Source: Candidatus Bathyarchaeia archaeon (lineage in GTDB: Archaea > Thermoproteota > Bathyarchaeia > Bathyarchaeales > DTEX01). From it: a DNA stretch of 64,000 bases. Shown here piece after piece: positions 39,234 to 48,678 of the stretch. The notes under the pieces are model-generated. The model was not told where the DNA came from, made no database searches, and saw nothing but the letters and a program-made list of their open reading frames with translations. Location of the stretch: contig JAWAZE010000001.1 in the NCBI GenBank assembly GCA_038817885.1, forward strand, positions 86,126-150,125, in the 5' to 3' direction. The position numbers and the translations under genes are program-made. The stretch's first letter is position 1; the number at the start of each line of letters is the position of its first letter.

Positions 39234-39992
39234 ATGCTTATTATTCAAATTTCAGATGTTCACTGTGGTCCCATGTTTAATTACGGGAGCTTCCGTACAG
39301 CTATTGATGAGATCAATGCTCTATCGCCTGACGCTGTTATAGTGACTGGTGATATAACGGAGAATGGCATACTTTCCGAGTTTAAGATGGCGCGTGAAGA
39401 ATTTAAGCGGCTGAAGGCTGAAAGAGTTATTTATATTAGCGGAAACCATGACTATAGGTCTACGGGCTACCTGCTTTTTAAACAGCTTTTCCCATTTAAT
39501 CAGGTTACTGAAGTCGGTGACGCCGTAATAATCGTGTTAAGCAGCGCACGCCCCGACAGGGATGACGGGGAAGTTGGGCACAGACAAAATCTTTGGCTTG
39601 AAAGTACTTTGGGGAACTATAAGGATTACATAAAGATTGTAGCCATACACCACCATATAATTCCAGTTCCAGATACTGGCGCAGATCAAATCACAATTGT
39701 GGATGCCGGTGACGTCCTCAGAAGTCTCATAAAGGGTAATGTGGATCTGGTTTTGTGCGGGCACCGCCATAGACCATGGAAATGGCGGATAGAAAATATG
39801 CAGGTACTTCATGCAGGAAGTATTTCATGCGAGAAGCTAAGGGGCTTCTTTCTACATTCCTATAACATAATAGAATTAAGAGACAGAAGAATTGAAGCGA
39901 AACTTAAGGTTGTAGGCGGAGATCACATGAGTTTCGAAGAAGTTACAGGAATCCCAGATGTTTTCCAGTACAGCATTACGCCACCAAAATAA
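39234..39992 (+). CDS. Calcineurin-like metallophosphoesterase (CpdA/Icc-like)
   Basis: SDVH, TGD, GNHD, HHH, CGHRH. Confidence 0.9.
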   Translation: MLIIQISDVHCGPMFNYGSFRTAIDEINALSPDAVIVTGDITENGILSEFKMAREEFKRLKAERVIYISGNHDYRSTGYLLFKQLFPFNQVTEVGDAVIIVLSSARPDRDDGEVGHRQNLWLESTLGNYKDYIKIVAIHHHIIPVPDTGADQITIVDAGDVLRSLIKGNVDLVLCGHRHRPWKWRIENMQVLHAGSISCEKLRGFFLHSYNIIELRDRRIEAKLKVVGGDHMSFEEVTGIPDVFQYSITPPK

Positions 39993-40030
39993 AATTTATC
40001 AAAACATTTTTAATCCTTTCTCCCGCATCT

Positions 40031-40546
40031 TCAGACAATATATTCATACTCTATTTTCTCAAAGTCTTTCACGATCTCAAAGTCATTGTAGCCGAACCCC
40101 CTGCTACCCAGTGATGAAATGTTAACTTTTGGAGGACCCAGGGCTATTCTGGTAGCAGGGTGATCCACGCCGAAAGTTTTCATGCTTATTTCATAAACGA
40201 GTCTTCTAACATTCTCCTCATCCAGAAATCCTAGCGAATGTAAGTACTCGTGAAGCAGAAGTGAAAAAATGAACGAATTGAATTCGGTTTTCGTCAAGAA
40301 GTATCTACCCATTATATTTACAAGCAGCCTGTTCAGAACTATTCCATTTGAGCCCACTTGATAGTATGCGCCTATGTTGGGTGGAAGATCCTTAAGATAT
40401 AAGAGAAGCCCAACCCTATGTAAACCAATCGCCTTCCTCACTGATTTCTTAACTAAATCAAATATGTCCTTGTAGTTTTCACATTTCTCGAGACTTTCAA
40501 CAAAGTAGGAATTCATGGGAAGCCCTTCCTTATCATAAAATAACAA
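40031..40546 (-). CDS. Hypothetical zincin-like metalloprotein
   Basis: LLHEYLHSLG HExxH motif. Confidence 0.6.
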   Translation of the reverse strand: MLFYDKEGLPMNSYFVESLEKCENYKDIFDLVKKSVRKAIGLHRVGLLLYLKDLPPNIGAYYQVGSNGIVLNRLLVNIMGRYFLTKTEFNSFIFSLLLHEYLHSLGFLDEENVRRLVYEISMKTFGVDHPATRIALGPPKVNISSLGSRGFGYNDFEIVKDFEKIEYEYIV

Positions 40547-40582
40547 TGTTATATATAACCTTTCCTAAAACGCCAATTTAAA

Positions 40583-40870
40583 CTAAATCTTTAATCTTCT
40601 TTTAATTAAGATGGAAATTACTGCTGCTGGGATGGCGCCAAGGATAATTGTTGATATAGTCTTAAGCCAATTAATCCCAATGCTTGAGGGCGCTATCTTC
40701 TCCGATATCTCCATGCTCTCGCTCTCACTTACAAGGGGTAGGCTTTTTGGAGGCTCAGGTTTAAGCCTGCTAATGCCTTTCACGTCCATGTGTAGGAGCG
40801 AGAGGGGTATTAGCATTAGGGCTACGCCGAGAATAGCTGCAAGCATCAGGTTCAATAAGATTCTCTTCAT
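40583..40870 (-). CDS. Small two-TM membrane protein
   Basis: N- and C-terminal hydrophobic helices; co-oriented after the wHTH-TM gene. Confidence 0.55.
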   Translation of the reverse strand: MKRILLNLMLAAILGVALMLIPLSLLHMDVKGISRLKPEPPKSLPLVSESESMEISEKIAPSSIGINWLKTISTIILGAIPAAVISILIKRRLKI

Positions 40871-40912
40871 AGGTTACTCATCTCTAATTTAATTTATTTT
40901 CCCTTAATTATT

Positions 40913-41386
40913 CTATGTTTTTGAACGGCTTTCCATCAACAGCTTAATTGTCTCAGCCCAGAGGATTGCGGAAGCTAGAGAGCCAAACATTAGCGCCACG
41001 ATATTATGGATGCCCCAAGTATGCTCATAGAGAATCAGGTAGATGATAAGCATGCTTGTCATCCACACAGCGTAAAACATGAATCTGGGTATCATATATC
41101 TCCCAATCCTGATGAAAAACTTTAGAACCCCGATCTTAACATCCTGTAGGAGAAAGTATTCGCCAGTAGCAGTTTTACCCGCCAGCCCGAGGGAAACGAG
41201 TTTATCGAGGTGGTATGCTGCCAAGCTTGGACTTGAAAATTTCAGCTGCCTCTGAACCTCTCTAACGCCAACTTTAGAGCCAGACCTCTCCAACAAATAC
41301 ATGTAGACCTTAAGCGTCTTACCTTTAAGGCTAGCTTCTAAATCAGACTCTTCCATGGGGATGCTCCATAAGATAATCAAAGCCAC
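40913..41386 (-). CDS. Membrane-anchored winged-helix transcription regulator
   Basis: GKTLKVYMYLL...GVREVQRQLKFSSPSLAAYHLDKL wHTH plus two C-terminal TM; likely start MEESD. Confidence 0.75.
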   Translation of the reverse strand: MALIILWSIPMEESDLEASLKGKTLKVYMYLLERSGSKVGVREVQRQLKFSSPSLAAYHLDKLVSLGLAGKTATGEYFLLQDVKIGVLKFFIRIGRYMIPRFMFYAVWMTSMLIIYLILYEHTWGIHNIVALMFGSLASAILWAETIKLLMESRSKT

Positions 41387-41482
41387 TCTAAAATTTAAGA
41401 CTGTTCAATCTGCTTGAACAAATGTTCTAAAGCATAGGATAATGAGACCCAAATTACAGAGATTTTTCATGGTGATTGGAGG

Positions 41483-43333
41483 TTGAGTCTCCGAAAATAC
41501 TTGAGTATGGCGTTAATAGCGTTAATTGTAGCAGCAACGGCATGGGCAGCGATAATCGTCTTCCGGGCGGACGAGAACGAGAAGCCTATCCTTTTAAAGA
41601 CCTTCAGTTCTAAGGATGAGCTTGCGAGCTTCATTAATGCCAAAATCAGAGCTGCTGTGAGAGAACCACTCCTAGAGACGTTCAGGGCCATGTCTGCTGA
41701 GGTTGCCCCACTCGCGCCTAAAGAGGTGCCGGAGTACTCGATGACGAATATTCAGGTTGAGGGGGTCGATGAGACTGACATAGTTAAGACGGATGGGCGA
41801 ATAATCTACGTAGCTTCATCCAATGGGCTAATAAGTATTATCAAAGCATACCCGCCAGAAGAAATGGTGGTTCTCTCAAAAATTGATGCTGAAGGGAGTG
41901 TCATCGGCCTATTTATAGGCGAGGGGAGGCTTATAATCCTCGTTGAGGAAACCATTGAGATTATCCCATTTCCCGAAGAGCCTGGAAAAGAGGGGGTTAT
42001 AGCTCCAATTCCACAATACTTTCCATGGAGAACGTTAGTTAAAGTCTTTGATATATCTGCTCCAGAGAGTCCCGTGAGCGTCGGCGAAGTCGCCTTTGAA
42101 GGAAAGTACGTATCTTCGAGGATGATAAGCAACTATGTCTATATAGTTTTAATGTATCCTGCATGGACAGGAAACTCGACAATTCTTCCGAAATGGGCGG
42201 TTAACGGCGCTTGGAGGGAGATTTCTCCATTGGATGTATACTACTCGGATTCCGTGGAGATCCCATTAAACTATGCGTTGATTGCAGCCATAGATACTTT
42301 AGATGTAAGCCGCGCGGTAGTTAAATCTGTGCTAACTGGGTATGCATCATGCATGTACATGTCTAAAAGCAACATCTACGTAACCTTCCCGGCATTGAAT
42401 AGGGTTCTAAGCGGCGGGGGTAAGACTGAGATCTATAGAATAGCGGTGGACGGATTAAAAATCAGATGCGAGGCTAAGGGCGAGGTTCCAGGCAACGTGC
42501 TAAATCAGTTCTCGATGGACGAATATTATGGGTACTTTAGAGTGGCCACAACGGTATCCTACTTTAACCCACTCCGCGAAAATATGCGGATGGAGAACAA
42601 CATATATGTCCTAGAGGCGGCCAGTTTAAAAGTCGTTGGAAAGATTGAAGGCTTAGCTCTCGGAGAGCGGATTTATGCCGCGCGCTTTATGGGCGAAAGA
42701 TGCTACCTCGTAACATTTAAGAAGGTTGACCCACTGTTTACAATCGACCTTTCAGACCCATTTAATCCAAGGGTTTTAGGCGCGCTTAAGATACCGGGAT
42801 ACAGCGACTACCTCCACCCATACAGCAAAAACTATTTGATAGGGATAGGGAAGGAGGCTGTTCCGGCCGAGGAAGAGAACTTTGCTTGGTATCAGGGTCT
42901 GAAGATATCGCTCTTTAATGTATCAGACATCGAGGATCCGAAGGAGATCTCTAAGATAGTTATAGGCGACAGGGGCACGGATTCTCCGGTTTTAAGAGAC
43001 CACCATGCGTTCCTCCTTGATGAGAAAAGAAAACTGCTCATAATCCCCATCTTAGAGGCTAAAATATTTGAGGAGGACTACCCTGATGGGCGACCCCCGT
43101 GGGCATATGGTAGACCAATATTTCAAGGAGCCTACGTATTTCACACTTCTCCAGAGGACGGCATAATATTTAAGGGCAGAATAACTCATATGAAAGGCAA
43201 TAGCATCAACCCAATATATGAAGTTAAAAGGGCCCTCTACATAGGCGAAGTATTATATACCGTTAGCGATGGAAAACTCAAAGCAAACGACTTAAACAGT
43301 TTAAGCGAGATATCTGAAATCTCCCTAGAGTAA
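41483..43333 (+). CDS. Secreted beta-propeller domain protein
   Basis: Signal anchor; TNIQVEGVDE.DIVKTDG, LNQFSMDEY, GERIYAARF, DPLFTIDL, LKIPGYSDYLHP. Confidence 0.85.
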   Translation: MSLRKYLSMALIALIVAATAWAAIIVFRADENEKPILLKTFSSKDELASFINAKIRAAVREPLLETFRAMSAEVAPLAPKEVPEYSMTNIQVEGVDETDIVKTDGRIIYVASSNGLISIIKAYPPEEMVVLSKIDAEGSVIGLFIGEGRLIILVEETIEIIPFPEEPGKEGVIAPIPQYFPWRTLVKVFDISAPESPVSVGEVAFEGKYVSSRMISNYVYIVLMYPAWTGNSTILPKWAVNGAWREISPLDVYYSDSVEIPLNYALIAAIDTLDVSRAVVKSVLTGYASCMYMSKSNIYVTFPALNRVLSGGGKTEIYRIAVDGLKIRCEAKGEVPGNVLNQFSMDEYYGYFRVATTVSYFNPLRENMRMENNIYVLEAASLKVVGKIEGLALGERIYAARFMGERCYLVTFKKVDPLFTIDLSDPFNPRVLGALKIPGYSDYLHPYSKNYLIGIGKEAVPAEEENFAWYQGLKISLFNVSDIEDPKEISKIVIGDRGTDSPVLRDHHAFLLDEKRKLLIIPILEAKIFEEDYPDGRPPWAYGRPIFQGAYVFHTSPEDGIIFKGRITHMKGNSINPIYEVKRALYIGEVLYTVSDGKLKANDLNSLSEISEISLE

Positions 43334-43847
43334 AAAATATAAAATCTTTCCACCCCCCAATAACTTTAATTTTCGTACATAACCAGCTCAGAAGGTTGAG
43401 CGGCCCTAAGCAAAAAATCTTAGTTGGGTAATGATGGCACCGGGGGTTAGATTTTAATTTTCATTTTGAGCACATATTTTTCCTCTTTTTTAAAAATGAG
43501 CGTTTTTTGGGGAAAAATTTAAGTACGATTTTTTATTTGAGTTTGTTTGGGGAAAGCTCTGGAGATGGTTAGGTGTACAACTTCATATTTAGAATTGTAT
43601 AGTTCACGGCGAGCTCTCTAAGGGTAAGCCTGTTTACCCGCGTATGGGTGTGCGCGGCCCCTAATAGCGCTTGTCAATTTATTCTTTGGAGGTGGGATTT
43701 GATGGGCAAATATTGGATTTCTTCATTTTAAGCCAGAACTCAATGCCTTTAACAGTTTCAATTGTAAGAAGAATAAAATCCCGCTTCTTAAGTTCCTAAC
43801 GATCTTTAAAATACGCTCGTCTACCTTAAAAGTTCTCTTCGCTTTAA

Positions 43848-44921
43848 TCATTGCTTTGCTTCTTCTCTGATTTTCCTTAAGATAGAGTTGACCATGAAAT
43901 CTATGTCGCTTCTCCACGAACCATTGGAGAAGGCTTCATCATAAAAGTAGTATCTTAGGCTTGAGTGGTAATCGCACCAATAAACTTCTATTCTCTCACA
44001 ATATTTTCGTAGGACGGACATTAAAAGGGAATAATTAAGTGATGTTGTCATAATATATAGGATGAAGCCGTCTGATGTGAAGAAGAAGGTACTTTGGAAG
44101 GGGAGACTCCTTATTGCTGAGGCAATTTTCATGGAATCTCTCATAGAGCACTTGCACTTAAGGAGCGCATGTGATGTTATTTGCAGAAAATGCATTCCAA
44201 CAAGAACTCTATAGCCCTCAATAACGCCAAGATCTTCTAGTCTCTTCCACCTTTTGTCCAAATGATACAATTTAACGCCCGCAGCTTCAGATATCTCACT
44301 CCTCCTCCTTAAAATATTCTTAGAGAGCTCTCTTAGTATTTGTATATCCATTCTATCAAGCAAGTTTAGAACATTCTTTTCTTCTTTAGGCTTAAATGGT
44401 TCAAGATAATCTATGCTCTTAGCCCATTCGTCCCAATTAAATTTCCATCCAACCCCAGGTTCGTAGAACGAATAATCTGCTTCACAACCTATTGGAAAAG
44501 ATGTAGGCATCTCTAAAATCCATCTTTCAATTACATTATTCTTTGAGAGCTCCTCAAGCAGGTTCACAAGTAAGTAAGTTGTTCCAGCAGGGATTTGGAA
44601 GGCTGCAAATGCGCCGTTGATGGGACCAAAACATCTTATCCTATAATGGGTATAAGGATGAAGATCACAAGTTCTCTCAAACAGCACTACTTTGTCAGCG
44701 GGAGCCTCGGCAAGAACTAACACTATTTCTAGACCTAACGCGAAAGGATTTATCCTAGCAGAAACTCCATAAAGCAGCTTCTCAGACAAAATCTTTTCAA
44801 TCTTTTTTCTTAGTGAAACTGAAGAGATGCCAATATCTTTGCTTAAGGATCTTAATGAAGCCTTTGGCTTCCTCCCTAATACAGAGAGAATCTTCAACGT
44901 CAGCGTATCGATCTCAGCCAT
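43848..44921 (-). CDS. Tandem Lrp/AsnC-like wHTH transcription regulator
   Basis: Two HTH-Lrp repeats (IDTLTLKILSVL...; LDRMDIQILREL...LEDLGVIEGY). Confidence 0.72.
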   Translation of the reverse strand: MAEIDTLTLKILSVLGRKPKASLRSLSKDIGISSVSLRKKIEKILSEKLLYGVSARINPFALGLEIVLVLAEAPADKVVLFERTCDLHPYTHYRIRCFGPINGAFAAFQIPAGTTYLLVNLLEELSKNNVIERWILEMPTSFPIGCEADYSFYEPGVGWKFNWDEWAKSIDYLEPFKPKEEKNVLNLLDRMDIQILRELSKNILRRRSEISEAAGVKLYHLDKRWKRLEDLGVIEGYRVLVGMHFLQITSHALLKCKCSMRDSMKIASAIRSLPFQSTFFFTSDGFILYIMTTSLNYSLLMSVLRKYCERIEVYWCDYHSSLRYYFYDEAFSNGSWRSDIDFMVNSILRKIREEAKQ

Positions 44922-44962
44922 GTTAACGACCTACTTTAGTGTTCCCTAGTTATTTTTGGCGT

Positions 44963-45400
44963 TTAGAATGGTACCCCGGGAGTCCCACCAGTTGGTGGAT
45001 CAAACTTGAAGTACGCCGTATCCATTAGTTCCTCGTATATGGCCGTAACAGTAATTTTATAAATTCCCTTTTTGTTTATGCAGCCTTTAAACGTATATTC
45101 ATATGGTAGTATTGTAACGCAATTACCATCGATTAGCCCAGTAATGCTAAATTCTGCTTCCTCATTAGAACCATCCGGTTTTCTAAGAATGATCATAATA
45201 TAAATAGTGACCTCTTTTCCACTTTCTAAGCCGCTTAGGAATACTTTGCCGCTAGCTGTTATACTATTGCCCTCGGCCTTTGCATGTACATTTACCTTAA
45301 TTGAGGGCTCACTTGCTAACGCTATTGAGGAAGAGCTAAGGAGGACCACGGAGAGAATAATGGCAGCCATTATACTACTAACCACGCTTTTTCTCAACAT
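44963..45400 (-). CDS. Secreted hypothetical protein (Ig-like beta-rich)
   Basis: Signal peptide ending SIALA; beta-strand-rich mature part. Confidence 0.6.
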   Translation of the reverse strand: MLRKSVVSSIMAAIILSVVLLSSSSIALASEPSIKVNVHAKAEGNSITASGKVFLSGLESGKEVTIYIMIILRKPDGSNEEAEFSITGLIDGNCVTILPYEYTFKGCINKKGIYKITVTAIYEELMDTAYFKFDPPTGGTPGVPF

Positions 45401-45589
45401 ATTACCTCACAACATATTTTTATGAGCGTTTTTACAATTTAAAATTTTTGCTTTTATAGGCAAAAATATTTAAGGCAAACATTATATATTTGCATTTATG
45501 GGCAAATTTTATAACGAGAAGCCGGTTTTCCATGGAGGGGGTATGGACATACTAGGTTTCGATAGACTTATCGAGGTGGTTTTGTAAGA

Positions 45590-45982
45590 ATGGTAAGCAT
45601 TGTGGAAAGAGACTTCATCATCGAGTCCCTTCGTAGCATTTTTAAGAAGACTCTTCATTCCACCCTCGGAGGGTCTGCTAGCGAGGCGGTTTTGTTCTTT
45701 CTGAAAAAAGGGTTAAGCCGCGATCCATTTGACGTGTTTTGGGAGGATCCTAGAGCCTTTTACCGTGAGATGGAGAGGGTTTTTGGGGTTGGCGCTGAAG
45801 TTTTAATTAAACTCTTGGTCTCGAGAATTAATAGTGAGTTTGGCTTAAATATTAGCCCTGGACGCTTCCTAGATCTTATGCAACGCGGCGACCAAAGCTC
45901 CGTTGAAGAGATACGCTCCCTTATAAAGAAAGTGGCCGAATTATATGAAAGTGGAATATGGAGTGAACGGCAGAGTCGGTAA
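45590..45982 (+). CDS. Small helical protein of the kind found beside KaiC/RAD55 ATPases (NitrOD5-like)
   Basis: LGGSASEAVLFFL...EDPRAFYREMERVFGVGAEVL pattern; flanked by KaiC-like relics. Confidence 0.5.
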   Translation: MVSIVERDFIIESLRSIFKKTLHSTLGGSASEAVLFFLKKGLSRDPFDVFWEDPRAFYREMERVFGVGAEVLIKLLVSRINSEFGLNISPGRFLDLMQRGDQSSVEEIRSLIKKVAELYESGIWSERQSR

Positions 45983-46195
45983 AGTTCCAGCTGAAGTAAG
46001 CGGCTCAGACGAATCTATTAGCTGAGGATTCCAAAAGGCAGCTTAATAATCTACTGGTACACTGCGTGGCTACAAGAGATGAGAAAGAAGACTGCACCAA
46101 CAGTTAGGGGCAAAGAGCCTGTACGGCGAGAATAGATCTGGATACCAGAGTCATAAGGAAACTAGAGATACTTAAGATAAGAGGCCCCCTACCTC
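45981..46195 (+). pseudogene. Decayed KaiC/RAD55-family ATPase remnant
   Basis: Fragments KVPAEVSGSDESIS*GF/PKGSLII, LGAKSLY and IRKLEILKIRG match RAD55 N-terminal, middle and C-terminal motifs, with stops, frameshifts and deletions. Confidence 0.6.
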
Positions 46196-46809
46196 TCGCG
46201 GGATCTAGAAACCTACGCATAAAACATAAGAGACCTAAGCTAAAAATATAAAATGTAACTGAGAAAAACAGCATTGTGTAAGGTTGATATAAATTTGTGC
46301 ATGGTGCCGAAGTATAAGGCTTTTAAAAGCATCTCATTCGCAATTGTAAGGTTCTCGACCGCATTACAAATATAGCCCTTAGATATGTTATATTCGGCCA
46401 TATCTAGTTTTTCCAATTTACCCAAAATAATCACATGAGATTTTTTGGGAGAGAGCTTATGCTCATTAAAGATAACAAAATTATATTGAAAGCGACTAAT
46501 TAATTATAAAATATGCTAGCGCCGATCATCGTAAATATTAATGAAGGTTAACTTAATAATACATTGTTGGTTAAGCTCAACTTTATATTAACGCCCACTC
46601 TTTTGGCTAAATATTCAAGATGTTTAATCGCCACCTCAAAACTGTCCTTGTCTGAGATGTCCACGTAACCTAATCCATCAACTATAATGCGGCCACCAGA
46701 TATTTAAGTGTGGTTTCAAACCGAAAAGAAAAAAGAAACCAATGCAAAAATCAAGCAAGAATTAAGCTCGCTCCTTGCTCAAAAACAGCCAAAAAACAAG
46801 CAAAATATA

Positions 46810-46919
46810 TGGCGCCGGGGGTGGGATTCGAACCCACGCGGCCCATAGAGGGCCACAGGCTCTTCAGACTTTAGCTATAGTTCTCAAGGCCTGCGCCTTA
46901 TCCACTCGGCCACCCCGGC
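46810..46919 (-). tRNA. tRNA-Ser(UGA) with 21-nt intron at 37/38 (46862-46882) and encoded CCA
   Basis: GCCGGGG acceptor, anticodon stem CAGGC/GCCTG with loop CT-TGA-G^A, long variable arm, GGTTCGAATCC, G73 discriminator, CCA. Confidence 0.93.
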
Positions 46920-47017
46920 TTCTCCCTCTCTAAGGGCTAAGGCACTATAGGCTTATATTTTTTCCTGAGAAAATGTTTTGTTTAAGTTCACTCTTTGCAT
47001 AATGTGGTGGATTTAAG

Positions 47018-47821
47018 TTGAAGTGCGAGTATTGCGGCTCTGATCTAGATTTGCCCTTCAGGTGCTTTTTTTGCGGCAGGTACTTTTGTGCAGAGCATAG
47101 GTTGCCGGAGCTTCACATGTGCCCAAATTTTAAAAGAGAAGTAAAAACCTTTTTAAGGATAGGGGAACCTAGTAGACATTCCTCCAATCAAATATTCATT
47201 AGATCTACTAGCGGCTTCAGAAAGCGTTTGTACAATGTGACAAGCTCGCTTGAAATTACTCATATAAGTTTAGCAACGATAATCGTTGCTTTAGTTGGGG
47301 TGTCCACAGCGATAACTACCGTTAGATTTTTAAACCCTCTTTTAATCACATTACTGGTGCTCATTTTCGTCGCGTCATTTATGTTACATGAAGTTGGGCA
47401 TAAATTCTCGGCTAGATATTATGGTTTATGGGCGGAATTCAGGTTATCCTATCTTGGTGTGCTAGTCACCTTAATTTCGATTTTTACCCCGTTTATAAAG
47501 ATAGTTTCCCCGGGAAGTGTGTTGATATATGGCTGGGCTGACAAAGAGACTATTGGCAAGATCTCATTATCTGGACCTCTTATAAACATCGTGCTCTCAA
47601 TATGCTTCCTATTATTGAACTTCTTTAATTTTGGCGGCTTTTTATTGAAGATCGCTTATATATGGGGGTTTGCAATTAACGCTTATATAGCACTCTTTAA
47701 CTTGATACCACTTAGCATTTTAGATGGAGCTAAAATTTTCAAATGGAACAAGCACGTATGGGGCATATTATTTACTATAGTGTTGATATTGACGGTTATT
47801 ATTTATGGGCACTTATACTAA
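47018..47821 (+). CDS. AN1-type zinc finger fused to M50 (site-2) membrane metalloprotease
   Basis: CEYC..LPFRCFFCGRYFCAEHRLPELHMC; HEVGH, GPLIN, FNLIP..LDG. Confidence 0.88.
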   Translation: MKCEYCGSDLDLPFRCFFCGRYFCAEHRLPELHMCPNFKREVKTFLRIGEPSRHSSNQIFIRSTSGFRKRLYNVTSSLEITHISLATIIVALVGVSTAITTVRFLNPLLITLLVLIFVASFMLHEVGHKFSARYYGLWAEFRLSYLGVLVTLISIFTPFIKIVSPGSVLIYGWADKETIGKISLSGPLINIVLSICFLLLNFFNFGGFLLKIAYIWGFAINAYIALFNLIPLSILDGAKIFKWNKHVWGILFTIVLILTVIIYGHLY

Positions 47822-48121
47822 TTGAATGGTTATGTAAACGTCATCAGGTACTTTCATGCGCATTATCCTACGCATTACACGGTCATCCGCATCAATATCT
47901 ATAAGCCGCCTATGTACGCGCATCTCCCACCTCTCCCATGTTTTTGTTCCCTCCCCGCAGGGCGTCTTAAGCACAGGCACCTTGAGCTTCTTTGTTGGTA
48001 AAGGAATCGGGCCTGAGATCTTCACGCCAGCCTTTTCAGCTATAGCCCTAAGCTCACTACATATTTCCTCAAGCTTCCTATAGTCCGTACTCGTCAATTT
48101 TATTCTAGCCCTTCTAACCAA
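47813..48121 (-). CDS. rps10: 30S ribosomal protein S10 (uS10)
   Basis: ARIKLTS, GPIPLPTK, TPCGEG..TWERWEMRVHRRLIDI. Confidence 0.97.
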   Translation of the reverse strand: MVRRARIKLTSTDYRKLEEICSELRAIAEKAGVKISGPIPLPTKKLKVPVLKTPCGEGTKTWERWEMRVHRRLIDIDADDRVMRRIMRMKVPDDVYITIQLV

Positions 48122-48186
48122 TTAATGCGCTCACCTTTTCCTTGTATTTTCACACTATGCTATTTAAATCCTTTTCTTCCAAGTGT

Positions 48187-48372
48187 TTAAACCAGTCGTA
48201 GTCTCCGGAGAGTTTTTGTCTGCCAAGAATATCTTCTTATTCTAGGATCAGGGTAGCCGCATGCAGCGCATCTCTTCTTCCTGACATGATACGCTCTACG
48301 GCCGCACCTTCTACATCTTATATGAACTGTTTTACTCGATCTTTTTCCGAAGGATGGTGTACCCTTCGTCAT
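48187..48372 (-). CDS. rpl37e: 50S ribosomal protein L37e
   Basis: [26 protein letters not shown]. Confidence 0.97.
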   Translation of the reverse strand: MTKGTPSFGKRSSKTVHIRCRRCGRRAYHVRKKRCAACGYPDPRIRRYSWQTKTLRRLRLV

Positions 48373-48378
48373 TTACAG

Positions 48379-48597
48379 TCACCTGGGGGGCGGTGATATC
48401 ATGATGACATTGTCGCCCCTGACGATTATTAAGCCTAGCTCTTTAATGTTCTCTGCGTCAGTTACATCCTCAGCTTTTTCAAGGACCAGATTTAAGTGTT
48501 GATCGAAGCCCTGAAGTCTACCCCTTATGCTTCTTCCACCTCTAAGCTTTATTAGTACTATCTTCCCGAGACTCTCCTCAAGTATTTGCATGGCCAT
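48379..48597 (-). CDS. Sm-like (Lsm/SmAP1) RNA-binding protein
   Basis: GRLQGFDQHLNLVL, IIVRGDNV; conserved linkage to rpl37e. Confidence 0.95.
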   Translation of the reverse strand: MAMQILEESLGKIVLIKLRGGRSIRGRLQGFDQHLNLVLEKAEDVTDAENIKELGLIIVRGDNVIMISPPPR

Positions 48598-48678
48598 GTC
48601 ACTATGACCTTCCTTAAATTAATCACAATTTATGAGATGTATTAAGATTTATATGCCTTATGCTAACCTTTATTCTTT

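Noticed and set aside
43560-43620. Fluoride riboswitch (GGAGATGG start)
   Set aside because: Lacks the complementary CCTCC/pseudoknot and the downstream GCTGATGA motif; no crcB gene.
46860-46895. Reading the tRNA as Leu(GAG)
   Set aside because: Only CAGGC/GCCTG forms the anticodon stem, which places UGA at 34-36; the G73 discriminator fits Ser.
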